Assembly: GCA_004431415.1 (NCBI GenBank)
Contig: QPMI01000049.1
Span: forward strand, 248,001-312,000
Reading direction: 5' to 3'
Length of the DNA: 64,000 nucleotides
Source: Cyanophora paradoxa CCMP329
Taxonomy: Eukaryota > Plantae > Glaucophyta
Shown: positions 46,901 to 58,572 of the stretch, one piece after another
Layout of the letters: each line of letters starts with the position of its first letter
How positions within the stretch are numbered: the first letter of the stretch is position 1
Made by a program: the position numbers and the translations under genes
Notes under the pieces: model-generated
Seen by the model: the letters and a program-made list of their open reading frames with translations, nothing else
What the model was told of the DNA's origin: nothing
The model's database searches: none

Positions 46901-49900
46901 AGCTATATGTAGCTCCCATAGTGTGCTCCGCCCTATTACAACCCTCGGCCGCTCACTCGCTCGATCTCGCTCTCGCACTCGCGCGGGGGCGCGCAGGGCT
47001 GGCGGCGCGGATGCTGCGGGTGGCGCGCATGGACCCCGACCGGCCCCGCCTCTCCCTCCAGGTCCCCGGCCCGCCCCGCCTTCGAAACTCGAAACTCGCT
47101 CCGCCCCACGGACAATTCAAAGACATTCGAAACTTTGACGTTCGGACAAAGACGCTCGCGATCGAGAGCGAAGCTAAAGGCCGCAGATGCAGACGCGCCG
47201 CGAAGACTCTAGCTAGATCTAGATCTCTAGAGATCTATACTCTAGATCGCGCCGCGAAGACTCTAGAGATATCTCAGAGTCGCGCGTCTAACCCGGGGCC
47301 CTCCCCCTGGGCGCAGGCGTGCGCGCGGCGGGAGGCGCCGTTCGCGGCGGCGGTGGAGGATACGGTCGCCATCGACTGCCTCATCCTCCTCGTCCGCATC
47401 GCCGCCGTCGTCCAGGTCCCCACGCCCTCCCCTCCCCTCCACCCCGCCCCGCCCCGCCCCGCCCCGCCCCCGGGCCCGCGCTCCAATCGGACAGAGTTAG
47501 CTTGCTCGCCGTCGAGCCCTGTTAACCACTACTAGTTGTACGTGCGTGTTTAGTAGATCTCCTTGTGGTATCCCGGCGCCAGCGCCAGCCAGCCCGCCGC
47601 CCGCCCTCGTTTCTATCTGTTCAAATTCGCCGCTCGCCGCTCGCCCCCTCCAGCTGCAGCCGTCTGACGCGGCCGCCGGTCCGACCTGTCCGAGCGCAGG
47701 AGATCGCCAGCGCGCGGTCGAGCACCTACTTCCTCGGGGGCTTCGCCGCCGCCCGCGCCGCCGAGCTCGCCATCACCCGGTCACCCCGCCCCCCCAGCCT
47801 CCCCCTCCCCTATCGATTTTAATACGCGCCCCCTCCGATCGGGCTCGCGTGCAGGGAGCTTCGGTGGCCGGCGGAGGCCTTCACGCGGGCGCGCGCCCTC
47901 AGCCACTTCGCCGCCGCCCTCGCCGGTACCCCCGCCCCGCCCGCCCCGCCCCGCCCCTCCCCTCCCCGCCCCGCCCCGCCCCAACGCAAAACCGCTTCGA
48001 TTTAAGAACTATTAAGACGCGCATAAGAACTATTAAGACGCGCACGCGCGCTTCGTACACGATGCTTGTGATTCTCCAGCTAGGACGGCGGCTCGAGTAC
48101 TAGTTCTGGCTCTGACCGCGGTCTCAGTGCTGGGGCTGAGGTCGCGCTCGGAGGCGTTTCTGGACGCGGCGACGCGGCTGGCGGACAGCGTCGACGACAA
48201 CGCGGCCCGCGCATCCGTCCTCGCCGTGCGAACCCCATCCGGACCGAAGAGCGCATTTTCCGGGAACTGACAGACGCCCCGGACCAAAATTAAACCCTAA
48301 CCCAAGAAACTGAGAAGCTTGAGAAATATAGATAGAATAGGCATGCGCACGCGAACTGGAACTTCAATTAGTTGGATTCGAGCCCGAGTGCCACGCCTTG
48401 CGTTGGCTGCTCATATGAGGCGGGGCTGGCGGTGCTGGCGCCGCGAGAATCACTAAGCCACTTAAGAGAATCAGACAAAATAAGCATGCGCACTCGAACT
48501 CGAGTGCCATAGTGCCTTGCGTTGGCTGAGGCGGTCTGGCGCGGCGCAGGTGCGGAGCTTCGGCGCGTGCGGCCGGGGCCGCTTTCACGAGGGCATCGCC
48601 CACTTCGAGGAGGGTCCGCCCCGTTCCCCCCCCCCCTCCCCCCCCTCCCCCCCCCCCCCCCCCCCGACCCCGCGCCGGAAGGCACGCGGCGGCTCGGCAT
48701 CTCGGCCACCCTGGACGTCATGGTCGAGACGGTGCCGTACCCCCCTCTTCCTCCCCCCCCCTCAGCCCCGCTGACTTCGGTCGGGCGCCAGTCGGCGTGG
48801 GTGGGAGTCGCCTATCTGCTGGTGGTGCGCCCATGGAAGAGATTAGTTAGAATCTAATAAAAGATGACCTTAAGAAGCCACCTAAAGACCGCTACCTGAT
48901 TCACGAGCTCGCAGGGCCGCTTCTACGAGGCGGACGAGAAGGCGCGATCCCTCTCCACCTTCCTCTCCCGCGCCGGCTACCGCGGCCAGGGTTCGCCCCG
49001 CCCCGCTCGACCCTATATATCACGCCCGCCCTATCAACCCGGCCCCGACCGGGCCTTCTCCCTCCGACGCCGAGCGCAGCGCCGCTGCTGTGCGCGGTGG
49101 TGAGCGGCTTCAGCGCACTGTTCACGGGACAGGTGCCCCTCCTCCCCCCTCCTCCCCTCCCCCCCCCCCCCCCCCTTCCACCCCCAAGCTCCGGCGCCTG
49201 GTCCTTCGTCGCCCCGCCGACGCCCCGCCCCGGCCCGCCCCTGACTTCGCCTTGTCTCCAAGCGAGCTTTGGAGACCCTTGAAGCCTTAAAGAGTCTCTA
49301 TAAACCCTCGAAGCAGCCTCCTTCCCCCGACCCCGTCGCGCCCCTCCCCGCCCCTTGCCCCACACCCGCCGACACCCCCGCAGCTCGTGAAGCTCCAGGT
49401 CATCCTCGACAACGTACCCCAGGTCCGCTGGCTATTTTTAGGCCCCAGGCCTAGGCCTCGGCCTTTTCAAGCTTCAGCTTTCGAGCTCGAGCTCAGGCCC
49501 CGCCCCGCTCACGCGCCGCGGCCCGCAGGAGCAGCCCGGGGGCCTGGACGGGGAGCTGGGCCCCGGGGGCCACGGGGCGCCCCTGCTGACCCTCCTCCGC
49601 CGCATGCTCCGCGGCCTCGCCCGCTGGCGCACCCAGGTGCCCGAGCTTCTGCGAAAGATGGTTAGAAGATTCGATCCGGCGCCGTAAAGATTGTACATAA
49701 GATCTAGATTCAATCGAAGAAACGCATGCCGCTGCGCACATAAAATATCGACCCGGCGCCCCGCGTCGCGATCGCGGCCGACGCCGCCGCGCGATCGCAG
49801 GGCGACCCGAGCGACGCCCTCACGGTCGCCCGCCTCACCGCCGACGGTGAGTCACGCGCGGTCGGTGGTTCCATGGGCCAGCGGCCACGTCGGAGCGTGA

Positions 49901-50885
49901 TCGTGATCGTGATCGTGATCGTGATCGCCGCAGCGTGGCCGACGAACATGGGGACCATGTGGCGGCACGTGCTCCTCATGTTCTGCTGCCTCGAGGCGCG
50001 CCCGCCCAATCTCACCTGCGCTCATCTGGGCTCACCCGAGCGGCAGGTCGCCGTCTGGAGCGCGCGGCAGGCGCGCGAGCGGCTCCGGCAGCTGGAGGAG
50101 CAGGCACGGGCGGGCGGGGAGTGGCGCGCGCCGCGGCCCGGCCTCTGGTCCCGCCTCTGCAGCGCGCTCCTCGGCCTCGGCCTCGGCGGGGGCGGCGGGG
50201 GCGGCGGGGAGACCCCCTCGTCTTCTTGGGGCCATGGGCGCGGCCTGTTATTCGTCCCCGCGACCGTGACGCCCTCGCGGCCGGGCTCGGGCCTGGGAGC
50301 GGGCCCCGCGCCCCCGCCCAGCCTGGAGCAGCGCCTCGCCCGCGCCCGCGCCCTCTCCGCCGAGGCAGATGCCCTCGCCCTCCGCCTCTGCAAGGCGCGA
50401 ACTCGAATTTCCGACTGATTTCGAGCCCGCGTTTCCTCCTGACGGCCGCGACAGCTCCTGGAGGCGGTGCAGCGGCGGCGCATGCCGTCCCTGCGGCCCT
50501 TCTGCCGCTTGGCGTGCGCGGACGCCCCGGGGCGCGGCGCGCGGGGCGGGAACGCCTCGCGCCGCCTCGCCTCCTTCCGCGAGGCCCGCCGCGGGTTCGA
50601 GGAGGGCGGCCTGGCGCCTTCGCGGCGCTCGCCTGCGCCCGGGCCGCCGCCGCCGACCCGGACCCGGCGTCGGCCGCCGAGGCCGCCGCCGCCGCCGCGC
50701 GCCTCGCGAAGGAGACCGGCATGCGGCTGCCGTTCCTGGAGCGCCTGGCCTCGGCGCACCCCGGCACCGGGGCCTCCGGCCGCGGCGGCCTGGCGTCCCT
50801 CACCCTCGCCAAAATGGAGCGCCAGCACATCGACGCTGCGGCGGCGGCAACCGCCGCCCCCGCTTTCGTGCCGATGTGGGTGTAG
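36441..50885 (+). CDS. Soluble adenylate cyclase (ADCY10/sAC)-like protein: two class III cyclase domains, STAND P-loop NTPase, TPR-like C-terminus; many exons
   Basis: C1: FEGAVLLVD/VKNFSSL, VLQYGGDAVLAF, LEAHQGIGVG. C2: FADEKG..LLGFG, GRVFAGALGSECRQEFGMIGDA/VILASRLM. Walker A EAEAGL/GKT, Walker B VFCEDVQW, then AGGVPLFLVEI; stop TAG at 50883-50885. Confidence 0.88.
37173..37222. repeat. Intronic (CAGAT)n..(CTGAY)n pentamer repeat
   Basis: cagatcagatcagatcagatcggatcagatctgacctgacctgatctgat directly before cgcgcag. Confidence 0.85.
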
Positions 50886-50905
50886 TGCTCGTGATCAGGA
50901 GTCAG

Positions 50906-51103
50906 CCTCTACTATCGCTCAGTTGCTGCCGTCCTCTTCATTCGCTCTCGTTCGTTCTCTGCGTTCTCGCGATCGTGTACGTATACCTTGTCGTGATCCC
51001 TAGGCTCCATATGTCTTGCGACTTCTTTGATTTGTGATTGCTTTGTTGCCTTTTAATATTACTACCTACGGGGGTTCGCCCTACCGTAGTCTCTCAAAAA
51101 TAA
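50906..51103 (+). mobile_element. Candidate retroposed 3' fragment (pyrimidine-rich body, terminal hairpin, A-rich tail) just after the cyclase stop
   Basis: Hairpin CTACGG-GGG-TTCG-CCC-TA-CCGTAG then CTCTCAAAAATAA; AGTCAG at 50900-50905 and 51104-51109. Confidence 0.4.
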
Positions 51104-51656
51104 AGTCAGTGGAAATGTTACAATATTCATGATTAGCTGCGTATACATTAATTTATCATGTGATCATAACCAGTGTGCAAATTAAAATCATGATGAAGTA
51201 GAGCGGGGCGAAGCTTTATATTAAATAATTACTAAGTTAAGTAGCTTCAGGCTTGCCATTCGTTCCCGCGACGTGTTTGTGAGTTCGAGTCTATGTCTCT
51301 CTAAGCCACTGGGCCAGTCAGAAACCAGTTCGTCCGACGGTCAAGTTTGTCTATATGAGCGAACCCATCCTCATCCTTCCCTGATGGAGCCTCGGTGAGG
51401 GATTTGAACATAAAAAGCATCATGCGAATCGCAAGTTCCTAATGAATGAATGTTCGAAGGCGAACTTTGCCCATGTCTACCTAGAGCTCGAAATGTCTGC
51501 GGAGGTTTTCGAGGAAACAGGAAGGGTGGGGAACGAGGTTGAGCCTCGGAGGCATGGCCCATTGGGGGGAAGTTGAAGAAGGAAGGGGCCGATGGGAGGC
51601 CTATGGGGAATTCGGAGGGGCCTACTTGGGAAAGTCGACGGGCCGAGTTTTTACAG

Positions 51657-54404
51657 CTAGAGGGGGGACGCAAGGCCGCCGAGCTCGTCTGCAGAGTGGG
51701 AGGGGTACGTGTGCGCAAGGACGGCGTCACCCGCCAGCGGCTCGTCCAGCGGCCAGCCGGGGACGTCCGCAGCGTCCGCGTCCTCCGATTCGAAACCCGA
51801 CGGGTCCACTTCCGCGCGGTACGACTCCAATCTGCGCGCAGGGCGCGATCAAGACGAGATCGGGCGGGGGTACATCGCAGCACGGTCGGGGTCGGGCGCA
51901 CATCCTCGGCCGCGCAGGGACGGGTACGAGCTCCCAATCCTTCGTGCCGTCTTAGAAGGGGGGGGGGAAGAAGGCCGGGGGTACGGGGCACCTGGTCCTT
52001 GAGGTCTGCGGAGCATTCGTCTAGGGCCAAGTCGTGTGTACCCTCGAATTCGCCCGAGCTGCCCTCTACCCCCACGCACTTCGACAGGCTACCCAGCGCC
52101 ATGATCTTGCCGTACGCCGTGGGGTAGAACCTCATCCTGGGGGGGAAGGCGTCGGCAGGGGGAGAGAGGGGTACGGGGGCGTGGCCGCGGGGGAGGGGTA
52201 CGGCTTCGTTGTGGAGGGGCAGCCGTGGAAGGCCTTTTTGAAGAGGTTCAAGTTGAGGAGGAAGCGCTGCGCGGCGCACCCGGGCTCGAATCCCTCGGGG
52301 TCCGGGCGGGGGCGGGCGGGGGCAAGGCGCCAGTACGCACCTGCGTTGGCTGCTCCCCGCAAGCGCCTGCGCCGACAGCCGGCTCAGCGCGGGGAGGGGG
52401 AAGAAGAGGGAGGGGGGTACGCACTTCCGCGAAGTGTGTCGCCCGTCTTAAAGGTTGACGATGAGAGGTCCACGCAGTTCCTGTACCCCAATCGAATGGG
52501 AAGAGCGGGAGCGGAGCAACGAAGATAAAGACGTACCCGTACTGTTTCGCGTTCCTGCGGGCGCCGGCGAAGGTCAGCTGCGGTAAAGGACGAGAGCTCT
52601 CCCCCAGCCGGAGAAGGCGGCTGTGAGAGAGCGAACGAAGCGAGGGGGGTACGCACACTGCGGAGTGAATGCGCATGGCGGTGTCGAAAACGAAGTGCGT
52701 GTGCATGTCGTGCAGGTCCTTGCAGTCGTCGGTCACCTGAGCGGCGAGTGCGTTGGAGAGCTCAGACCCGAGCGATTCGGAAGGGGTCTACCCCCCATGG
52801 GCTCGAGGGGGGGCGTACCGTGATTTTGGTCGAAGCGTCGCTCCACTTCCAGCACATTTTTCGGTTCGCCATGAGCCGAATCGCGTACGCCTGCGGGACG
52901 GGGAGGGGGGGGGGAAGGCGGATTGTGAATCCGATGGGGAGGGGGGTAGAGGGAGAAGCTACCTTGGGCTTGATGTCCCCGTTGGCACACAATTCGGCGT
53001 GACTCACCGGCCGATCCTGTTGGGGGGGGAGGGGGGGGGGAAGAAGGGGGGGGGGGGGGGCGGCAGTGAGGCGCCGGAAAGAGGAAGAAACGGAGTGGGG
53101 GGAAAGAAAGGGGGGAGAGCGGGGGTGGGAAGGGCGCGTGGGGTCGCACCCCCCACACTTGAACCTCAGGCTGCACGCGGGATTAGGGGGGTACAGAGTC
53201 TTCGGGCGCGGGGGGTACCAGCTGCAGGCCCTCGCCGTTCTTCTCGATCTTCACCGAGTCGCCCTCGACGCCCTTCGTGTCGACCGTGAAACTCTGCGCG
53301 CCCGGGTTCGAGCCCCGAGAGGGGATTAAAATGGCCGGCTCGGCGGCTTGCCTCCTGGCCGTTCGGCTCGACGTCCACTGGAACCTGTCGGGAGGGGGGC
53401 TGAGCGGGGAAGGGGGGGGGGGGGGGGGGTGGGAGGGAAGGGAAGGGGAGGGGAGGGAGGGGGGGGAGGGGAGGGAGTGGAAGCTGAAGGGGAGGGGGGG
53501 GGCACCTTTCCAGGGTAGTGCTGCTGGAATACCTGCGGGGGTACGCGGCGCGGCGCGCTCAAGAGCAGCTCGGGGGTACGGGCGGTGGCCAAGATACGCA
53601 CCTCCCTGCCGTGCCGCAGTACCCGTACCGTAATGTCCCTAAGGCGCTCGGCGCAGCAGTCCGTCCGCTGCGCCCGAAAGAGCCTCAGGATCGGCCCCGG
53701 GGGCGGGCCGGGGCGGCCTGGCAGCAAGGAACGCGGCCCACGTTGAAGATTTTGATGTGGTCGAGCTTGAAGCGGTCCTGCAGGTTGACCTGCCACCCTG
53801 CGGGCCGCATCGGCGGGGCGGGGGGCGCGCGGGGCGGGGCGCACAGGGCTTCTTGTCCCACGCATCCGATGTCCACTCCCGGTCCGCCGAGTGGTTCTGA
53901 GGCGCCGAAGCTCCATGAGTAAGAGCTTCGGAGGCGGCGGGTTAGATGGTGAGAAGCAGGCGCGCACCCCTCCCGTCACTCCGTCTGCGCCGCGGGAGTT
54001 CGGCTCAAGATCAGCGACTCGCTTAGACGCTCCGGCCGAGGCCCAGCACGAGCGGCGGGCCAGGGCGCCAGCGCACCGACGGCGCGGTACGGGTTGCTGT
54101 CGAGGCCGTCCGCTAAGTAGGCCGAACTGGCGCTGGTCGGTTTGCGCAGCGCCACATTGTCTGCGGGGCGACGGCTTTCAATGTTCGGCGGCGGCGGAAG
54201 AGGAGGAGGCGGAGGAGGAGGCGACAGTGGCAGCGGCGTCAAGGCCACGCACTCGACCTGCGGGCAGAAAGGCGTCAGCGCGTCCGGCCGCCGACGTCGA
54301 CGCGGCCTAGGCCTTAGCTATCCGACCGTGGCGTCGCCCCGAGGCCGCGCCGACGCGCGCTCTACGATGAAAAGCATGCATTGCTCTCTATTGGTACCCT
54401 GCAT
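51657..54404 (-). CDS. F-type lectin (FTP/F5-8 type C-like) domain plus ricin-B-like lectin region; 5' end uncertain
   Basis: NVALRKPTSASS..PYRAV/DG..KP/WWQVNLQ..IKIFN/RTDCCAERLRDI; later RKMCWKW, RNCVDL and SKCVGV..LALDEC..DQ/DW (QxW). Confidence 0.75.
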
Positions 54405-55208
54405 GTCCGCCTCTGGCGCCGCGGAATAAAGCTCGGCTAGCGTACGAAGCCCCGGCCCCGGGGCGCTCTCACGCACATTGTAGCGGTTCAGCTGCGCTAG
54501 GCAGCCGCCCGCGAACGCCGCGGTCGCGGTGACGGAGAGGTGCCGCAGGCCTAGGGCGTTTTGGTGAGTGTACCCGTCTCGCTGCTTCGCAGCCTTCGCA
54601 GCCCTCGCTTGTTGGCGCTGCGGCGCACGGCGCTGCAGCGCTGAGTTTGGACCTTCGACGTCGGACCTTCGCCCTTCCCCGCACGCGCGCGCGCCCGGCT
54701 CGATCCGACGGTCACAGTGTGCGAGCGCATGCGCAGAAACCGAAACCGCGGAAATTACAGTAAATGAACTTAACAAATTCCACTGCGACTGATCATATGA
54801 GCTACTAACACTAGTACTGTACAGCGCGCTGAGGGGCGCGGGCCTGGCGCCCTAGACGCCGGACTCGCGACGGGCCTCTAGGGTCTTGCGGACCCACGCC
54901 ACCTGCGCGCGGCCCGGCCGGTTACTAAAAGTCGCTGGCTGGAAATCAAGAAGGGGCCCGGGGGCCCTACTAGGCCACGCGGGGCCTAGGCTGGAGTGGG
55001 CGCCCCGACCCGGCGGGCAAACGCGTACGGCGGGGCCGTGCGCCCCTACCCCTGAATGGGGCTGGCCGCTGGCGGCGCCGGGCGGAAGGGGGCGGGTCTA
55101 CTAGGCTAGGGACGGGAGGCCTGCCGGCGGGGATGGCGGGCTGGGCGGCGGCGGCCTCATCGATATCGCGCTGGATCTATAGCTAGATCGCGCGCGGGGC
55201 AGGGAGAT

Positions 55209-57044
55209 CTAGAGGTGGATCGGAGCCTGGGCCTGTCTGCGCGAGGGCGAAGCGCCGGCGGGCGGGCGGGCCGAGCCGGGCGGCGACGGCCGCGGGAGCC
55301 TTTGGAAGAGACGCCCCGGGGCGCCTCGGATGGGCCGAGGGGAGGAGGGGGGGAGGGGGGGAGGGGGGGTGTGTGGATAGAAGAAGGAGGGTTGGGGCAC
55401 CGGTGCCCGAACCACATGGACGAGGGGGGAGTTCTAAAGGGAGAAGGGGGTTGAGAGGGGGGGGGAGGAGGGGGGGGGTACCTGGGCAAGGGAGACGCCG
55501 AGCATGGCTGCAGCGACGGAGACCGAGCGCCACGTCACGCGCGCCCCCGCCCGCTCCAGCGCTGCCCGCCCGTCAGGCCACATGTACAAAGCGCGCTTAG
55601 GCTTCTAGATACAGAGCGCGCTGAGCTTAGATTTGCCTCTGGGTTCGCGAAAGGCCGCACTGAGAACTCGTGCGCCCTAAAGCTATGCTCGAGTGTGTAT
55701 ATGCTAAATACTTAAGCTCAGCTAAGTTCGCGGGGGCCGGCGGTGGCGCGCGCTCACCGCTCCGCTGGCGCGTCTCTCGGTTGCGCATCTCGAGCAGGCG
55801 CAGCTGCACCGCCTGCGCGCGCGCGCGAGGGCGGCGTGAGATCCAGGGGCGGTCGAAGGAAGGGAGCGGGGCGGTGCGCGCGTCCAGGGCGTGCGAGATG
55901 CGCGTGGTGGACTCGGCTGCGGCGCCCAGGTCCCGCGGCGCTGCGCATGCGCGTGCGCGCGTCGGCGAGGGAGCTTTAGACGGCTCATGATCACTGAGTT
56001 CGGGCCGCGCACGCGTGCGCCCCGCGGGCGGCTTGGAAGGGTCCGTGACCTACAGAGGGAGGGAAGGCGTGTGAGGGGCGCATAGCGGCGAGCCGGAAGC
56101 GGGCTGCACGAACGTCGATGGAAAAGAGGACAAGCTTCGTCTGGAAGTGGCTCATCTGCGAGGCGGGCGGGCGAAGGTGAGCGGGGCGCGCGCGCTGGCC
56201 GCAGACGGCCGATCCGTGAGCCTTGCCAATGACCTTGTTTCCGAAGCAGAACTTGTACGGGGCTAGCGTAGAGATGCGCGCGGGCTCGTCGCCTCGGAGC
56301 GAAGGCGCGGCGATGCGGGCGGGCGGGCGAGGGGGCGGAGGCGGACCTGTCATCGTTGCGCGGAACTTGACTTCGCCCTCCCGCAAGTGCTCCTTCGGCG
56401 AGTTCGCGTAAACTTGGCCCCCGTGCGCATCCGTGACCTGCCGGGCGCGGCGCGCGGCGCGGTGAGCCGCTGCGAAGGAAGAGATCAAATCTGGCGCGCG
56501 CGAACCGAGAAGTCGATGTCGAGGTCGCTGGCGAGGGAAAGAGCGACGCACGAGGTTATGCATCGTCACGGAAGAAGATTCGCGCGCCCCGAAGGGGCGC
56601 GGCGCGGCTCTGAGACTGGCGGGAGATGGGAGAAGTGGGGCCGACTAAGGTGCGCGGGCGCCGCGGTGGCGGCGCGGGGCGCCCGGCAGCATCTATCGAA
56701 AGCGCGCTCTACGCCCGAACCCAGCAGCGAACGCGCGCAGCCGCCGCGAGGCGAAGGAGGGAGCGGCCGTCGCGCGAGCTCGAGGCCCCGGGAAATGCGC
56801 CCGCGCCAGCGCGGGGCGCGCCGTCGCTGACGCACCCTCCTTTGAGCACAACAAACACCGTGTGAACGTCGAACCCTGCCGCGACGTCTTCGTAAACACA
56901 GGCCTGCGAAAAGTTCAAAATTCGACCACGGGGGCGACGCGGGCCGACGCAAACCTCCGCGCTGGGTCTTATGTAGAAGGCGTGGGTCTCCTCGTGGGCC
57001 GCGGCGACGGCGCAGAGCAGAAGGAGGGCAGCGAGGGTCTTCAT
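55209..57044 (-). CDS. p24/emp24/TMED family cargo receptor (signal peptide, GOLD domain, coiled coil, TM); 3' end approximate
   Basis: MKTLAALLLLCAVAAA..ACVYEDV..FVVLKGG/..VTDAHGGQVY..GEVKFRA..YKFCF.N/MSHFQTKLVLFSI/..QLRLLEMRNRETRQ/..RVTWRSVSVAAAMLGVSLAQ. Confidence 0.85.
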
Positions 57045-57086
57045 CCTTGAGGGGTACAAGTGCAGAATTTGGCCGAGACCAGAGCG
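57045..57086. promoter_or_regulatory. Putative bidirectional promoter, 42 nt between start codons
   Basis: CAT at 57042-57044 and ATG at 57087-57089. Confidence 0.45.
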
Positions 57087-58098
57087 ATGCTTCACGCGCC
57101 GCTCCCGCCCCCAGGCGGATTCCCGATCCCCATGCAAGCAATGCCCTGGCCCGACCAGTCGCTCGCGTCCGCCCAGCTTTCCCGTCCCGCAACGCACCGA
57201 ATAAGCTGACGCCCCTCTTTTGCGCAGCCACGAGTTGGAGAACCTGCGTCAGAGGCTGCAGATCGCCGAGAAGGAGCGTGACGAGGCGAGGCGAGAGCGC
57301 GACGAGGCCCGGAGAGAGCGGGACGATGCGCTGCGCCGGCTGGAGGCGCAGGACGCCGGAAGGAGGTCATCGGCGAGCTCCGCTCCGCGTGTCCTCGAGT
57401 TTGGGGTCCACGCGAGCCCGGCCGCTGCCAGGGATGCACTCTGCGTTCTGACGCGTGCCGATCCGCGCAGTCGAATGCGGCGCTGGCTGCGGCGCTCGCG
57501 AAGGCGGCGGCGCACGCATTGAGGGATCGCGTGGTGCCCGTTGCGGCTCCGGCGGCCGCCTCCTCGGGCGCGGGGGCGGCCCACGCACCGGCAGCTCGCA
57601 CAGCCCCGCCCGCGGCGGCCGCCGCGTCGGGCCCGCCCCCAGAGCGGAATCCGATTGCCGCGCTCCTCGCTTCGGCGCCCGCCCCGCCCCAGCGCCCCCG
57701 CCGGCCGCTGCCGGCGCCCTCCTGCCCCGCCCTCGGCCTCCTCCCGGTGCCCTCCGGGCAGGCCCCGCACCCGCGGCCCCCGACCCTCGCCCAGTCCCTT
57801 CTCTCCGACCCCGCCCTCCTGCAGCGCCTACCCCCCAGTCGGGTACGCGAATCCGCCCCCCGCCCCCCCCCCCCCCCTCCCGCGCGGGCCGAGCCCGGTA
57901 CCCCCCGCAGAGACGGGCCCCAAGACGAGCCCGGCGCCCCACGAGCTGCCGTTCGTGGACGGCGTCTTCGTACCCCCGCCCCCGGCGGCCCCCGCGGCGG
58001 AGAAGGCCGCGGCGGCGCCGCGGCGGGGCCAGCTCGGGGACGGGGGTACGCTGGACAAGGCGACCGTCTCCACGCTGCTATCCTTCATCCGCAAGTAG
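57087..58098 (+). CDS. Small hypothetical protein, coiled coil plus Pro/Ala-rich region
   Basis: MLHAPLPPPGGFPIPMQAMPWPDQSLA/HELENLRQRLQIAEKERDEARRERDEARRERDDALRRL../..LDKATVSTLLSFIRK*; the first intron GC|gtccg..gcag|C keeps frame. Confidence 0.65.
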
Positions 58099-58572
58099 GG
58101 CCGGCCGGCCGCCTGCTCGGCCGGATGCTTATGCCGCAGAGTCTCGCCGCTCGATCGCCCTCGCGGCTTGTACCCGTGTTACGTTCCGTTGGAAATTGAT
58201 CGTGTCGAATGCCAGATTTTGGCGGGCCCAGGCCCCCAGGCCCAGAGCGCTTGAGCTAGCCTAGTAGCTTGAGCTTGTGGGGCGGCCGGGCTTCTCGGGC
58301 TTGTTAGTCGACAGCAGCCCGCAAAGCTGCCGCTGCGCTCAAGCAGGCCCAACGGCCGCGCCAGCCCCCGTCTCATACGCATTCGCCCCACCCCGCCCTC
58401 CTTCAAGGCTTCCAGGCCCGTGAACTTCACCCTAGTCCCGGCCACGCATGCACCCCACGTCGGACCAGAGCTCTTCTGCACTGCAGCGCTTCGCCTGGGA
58501 GACCGTGCATTCAATACATCGAAGGCAGCACCTCAAGCCCAGCGCAGCGCGGGCCGGGCCGGGCCGGGCAAG

